Shown piece after piece: positions 62,223 to 64,000 of a stretch of 64,000 nt of DNA. The notes under the pieces are model-generated. The model made no database searches. It was given only the letters and a program-made list of their open reading frames with translations, and was not told the DNA's origin. The stretch's first letter is position 1. The number at the start of each line of letters is the position of its first letter. Source of the DNA: Thermodesulfobacteriota bacterium (lineage in GTDB: Bacteria; Desulfobacterota; Desulfarculia; JACQYL01); the NCBI GenBank assembly GCA_963675595.2, contig CAXXLZ010000002.1, forward strand, positions 3,296,001 to 3,360,000. The letters are read 5' to 3'. A program made the translations under genes and the position numbers.

Positions 62223-63293
62223 ATGCAACCTGAAGCCATTCTGGCCATTGATGTGGGAGGGGGCACCCAGGATATTTTGTTCTGGAGCCCGGAAAACTGC
62301 ATTGAGAATTGCGTCAAGCTGGTTCTTCCCTCTCCGACGAGAATCCAGGCGGGACACATTCGCAGGGTTACCGGTGCCGGACGATCTCTCTTTCTCGATG
62401 GAATGACCATGGGAGGGGGGGCTGTGACCAAAGCCCTGAAAGAGCATCTCGCCGCCGGGCTTGAAGTTTTCGCCACCCCGCCCGCCGCGACCACGTTTCA
62501 CGACAACTTGGACTACGTGGTAGACATGGGCGTACAAATAACCGAGACGGCGCCCGAACACGCGGTACGTCTTCGGCTGGGAGACCTGGACCTTCAGGCC
62601 TTGGCCCGCGCCGTGGAACATTTCGATATCGTCCTGCCGCCGAGGTTGGCCGTGGCGGTCCAGGATCACGGCCATGTGCGGGGGCGGAGCAACCGTATCA
62701 CCCGATTCGAACTTTGGAGGCGCTTCCTAAATCGTGAAGGCAACCTTTCGGACCTGGCCTATTGCGAACCTCCCAGGCAAAACTCCCGAATGAGGGCCAT
62801 CCACGAGCTTCGCCCCGACGCTCTCATCATGGACACCGGTCCCGCCGCGATTTTGGGTGCCTTGCTCGACGGATGGGCCGCGGAAAAGGCGTCGTCGGGT
62901 CTATTGGTGGTGAATGTGGGAAACGAGCACACCTTGGGAGCTCTGGTGCGCGGAAAGCGGGTTTTTGGAATCTACGAGCACCACACGTCCTGCCTGGACA
63001 GGAATAAGCTTCTGAACCACCTCGAAAGGTTTCGGCGCGGAGAGTTATGTTTCGAGGAAGTCTTCCAAGACATGGGGCACGGAACGGCTATGGCCGCAAG
63101 GCTCGACGGGGATTTTCGGCAAGCCCCGCTGCTGGTGACGGGACCTCAAAGGCGTTTGCTGCGAAACGACGACGGGCGCATGGCGGCTCCTTTGGGCGAT
63201 ATGATGCTCAGCGGCTGCTTTGGACTGGTGAGCGGGGCCTTGGATAAGTGGTATCCCGGGTATTCTTTTTCCTGCAACCCGGCGGACCATTAG
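62223..63293 (+). CDS. DUF1786-like protein (ASKHA-type fold suggested)
   Basis: ILAIDVGGGTQD, AVQDHG, MDTGPAA, NVGNEHT, YEHHT, GDMMLSGCFGL. Confidence 0.75.
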   Translation: MQPEAILAIDVGGGTQDILFWSPENCIENCVKLVLPSPTRIQAGHIRRVTGAGRSLFLDGMTMGGGAVTKALKEHLAAGLEVFATPPAATTFHDNLDYVVDMGVQITETAPEHAVRLRLGDLDLQALARAVEHFDIVLPPRLAVAVQDHGHVRGRSNRITRFELWRRFLNREGNLSDLAYCEPPRQNSRMRAIHELRPDALIMDTGPAAILGALLDGWAAEKASSGLLVVNVGNEHTLGALVRGKRVFGIYEHHTSCLDRNKLLNHLERFRRGELCFEEVFQDMGHGTAMAARLDGDFRQAPLLVTGPQRRLLRNDDGRMAAPLGDMMLSGCFGLVSGALDKWYPGYSFSCNPADH

Positions 63294-63397
63294 AAAACGC
63301 GACGCGCGATGCCTGCGTTCAGCTCTCGTCATTGCGACGTCCTTCTGTGTACGCGGCGTTCCGGGGGATTTCCTCGCCGCGTTCAGCATGTTTTTTC
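63292..63397. repeat. Degenerate copy of the ~125-bp intergenic element
   Basis: AAAACGCGA...CTCGTCATTGCGACGT...TGTACG...GGGATTT...TGTTTTTTCG colinear with 13792-13914. Confidence 0.55.
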
Positions 63398-63513
63398 GCC
63401 GGGCCGCCGTTCGACCTAAATTTGCTGTAATCGAGCGACGATCCAAGGGAGAAATCACGGTCGACAACGATGGTTTGCACCGGCCTTGACGCCGGATGGA
63501 CGGGGGGAAGCGT

Positions 63514-63873
63514 ATGGGCCTGGATGCCATGCATGAAAAGATCCGCAAACACCCGGATTACGGCAAGGTGGGCATGGTGGCGTTTCATCGGGGTGTGGTC
63601 CGTGCAACTTCGCGCAACGGCCGGCCCGTGGAAGCCTTCCAGGTGTCCATGGACGACGAGGTATTGGAGCGACTCAAGAACGAGTCGCGGGCCGAGCCGG
63701 GCATTGTGGAAGTGCTCGTGGAACATCGGGAAGGGACCTTCGCGCCCGGAGAAGACATTCTGCTCGTGGCCGTGGCCGGGGACATTCGGGACCATGTGTT
63801 TCCCTCCCTTGTCCGTCTCGTGGATCGCATTAAGACCGAAGCCACGCGGAGCTCTGAAATTTTTTCAACCTGA
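63514..63873 (+). CDS. moaE: MoaE-family molybdopterin synthase-like protein (short form)
   Basis: VGMVAFHRGVVR, GEDILLVAVAGDIR, DRIK. Confidence 0.75.
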   Translation: MGLDAMHEKIRKHPDYGKVGMVAFHRGVVRATSRNGRPVEAFQVSMDDEVLERLKNESRAEPGIVEVLVEHREGTFAPGEDILLVAVAGDIRDHVFPSLVRLVDRIKTEATRSSEIFST

Positions 63874-64000
63874 ACGCGGCGGCTGCAGTCGTAAAGATAA
63901 AGGGGTATAATAATAGCCGGTAGTGGATATTGAGACTGTTTGAGTATCGAGAAAGAGGAAAACCGACCTCCATTTCCCGCGGTATTTGAAAAAGATGGTT

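Overview
GC-rich bacterial chromosomal segment; gene content (CobN/ChlI/ChlD cluster, selenocysteine genes, DUF6178-like and DUF1786-like genes) suggests an anaerobic Desulfobacterota (deltaproteobacterium), by inference. Layout: (1) 1-16 kb, a co-directional metal/tetrapyrrole cluster: ResB-like 3' end, FecCD/Btu-type ABC importer, ChlD- and ChlI-like AAA+ subunits, radical SAM protein, CobN, TonB-dependent receptor, ABC-2 exporter with His-rich tail; (2) 16-20 kb, Sec-peroxiredoxin, GGDEF protein, decayed accessory DNA; (3) 20-40 kb, housekeeping genes (mnmE, jag, yidC, yidD, rnpA, rpmH, ndk, tRNA-Leu, ribF, queE, groESL, yedF, selD) around a small islet (STAS, pseudokinase-FGE, decayed MNT-HEPN); (4) 40-45 kb, CheB/CheR fusion and kinase; (5) 45-60 kb, secreted/surface proteins, Hsp20, a RAYT with REP-like repeats, phosphoesterases; (6) moaA, DUF1786-like, moaE. 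Three genes split in the ORF track have an in-frame TGA followed by a SECIS-like hairpin. Two are known selenoprotein types (selD, peroxiredoxin). The third, the substrate-binding lipoprotein of the importer feeding the chelatase cluster, is the most interesting signal: a probable selenocysteine-containing binding protein in a putative tetrapyrrole import and metal insertion/removal system. All calls come from motif reading; no database searches were run.
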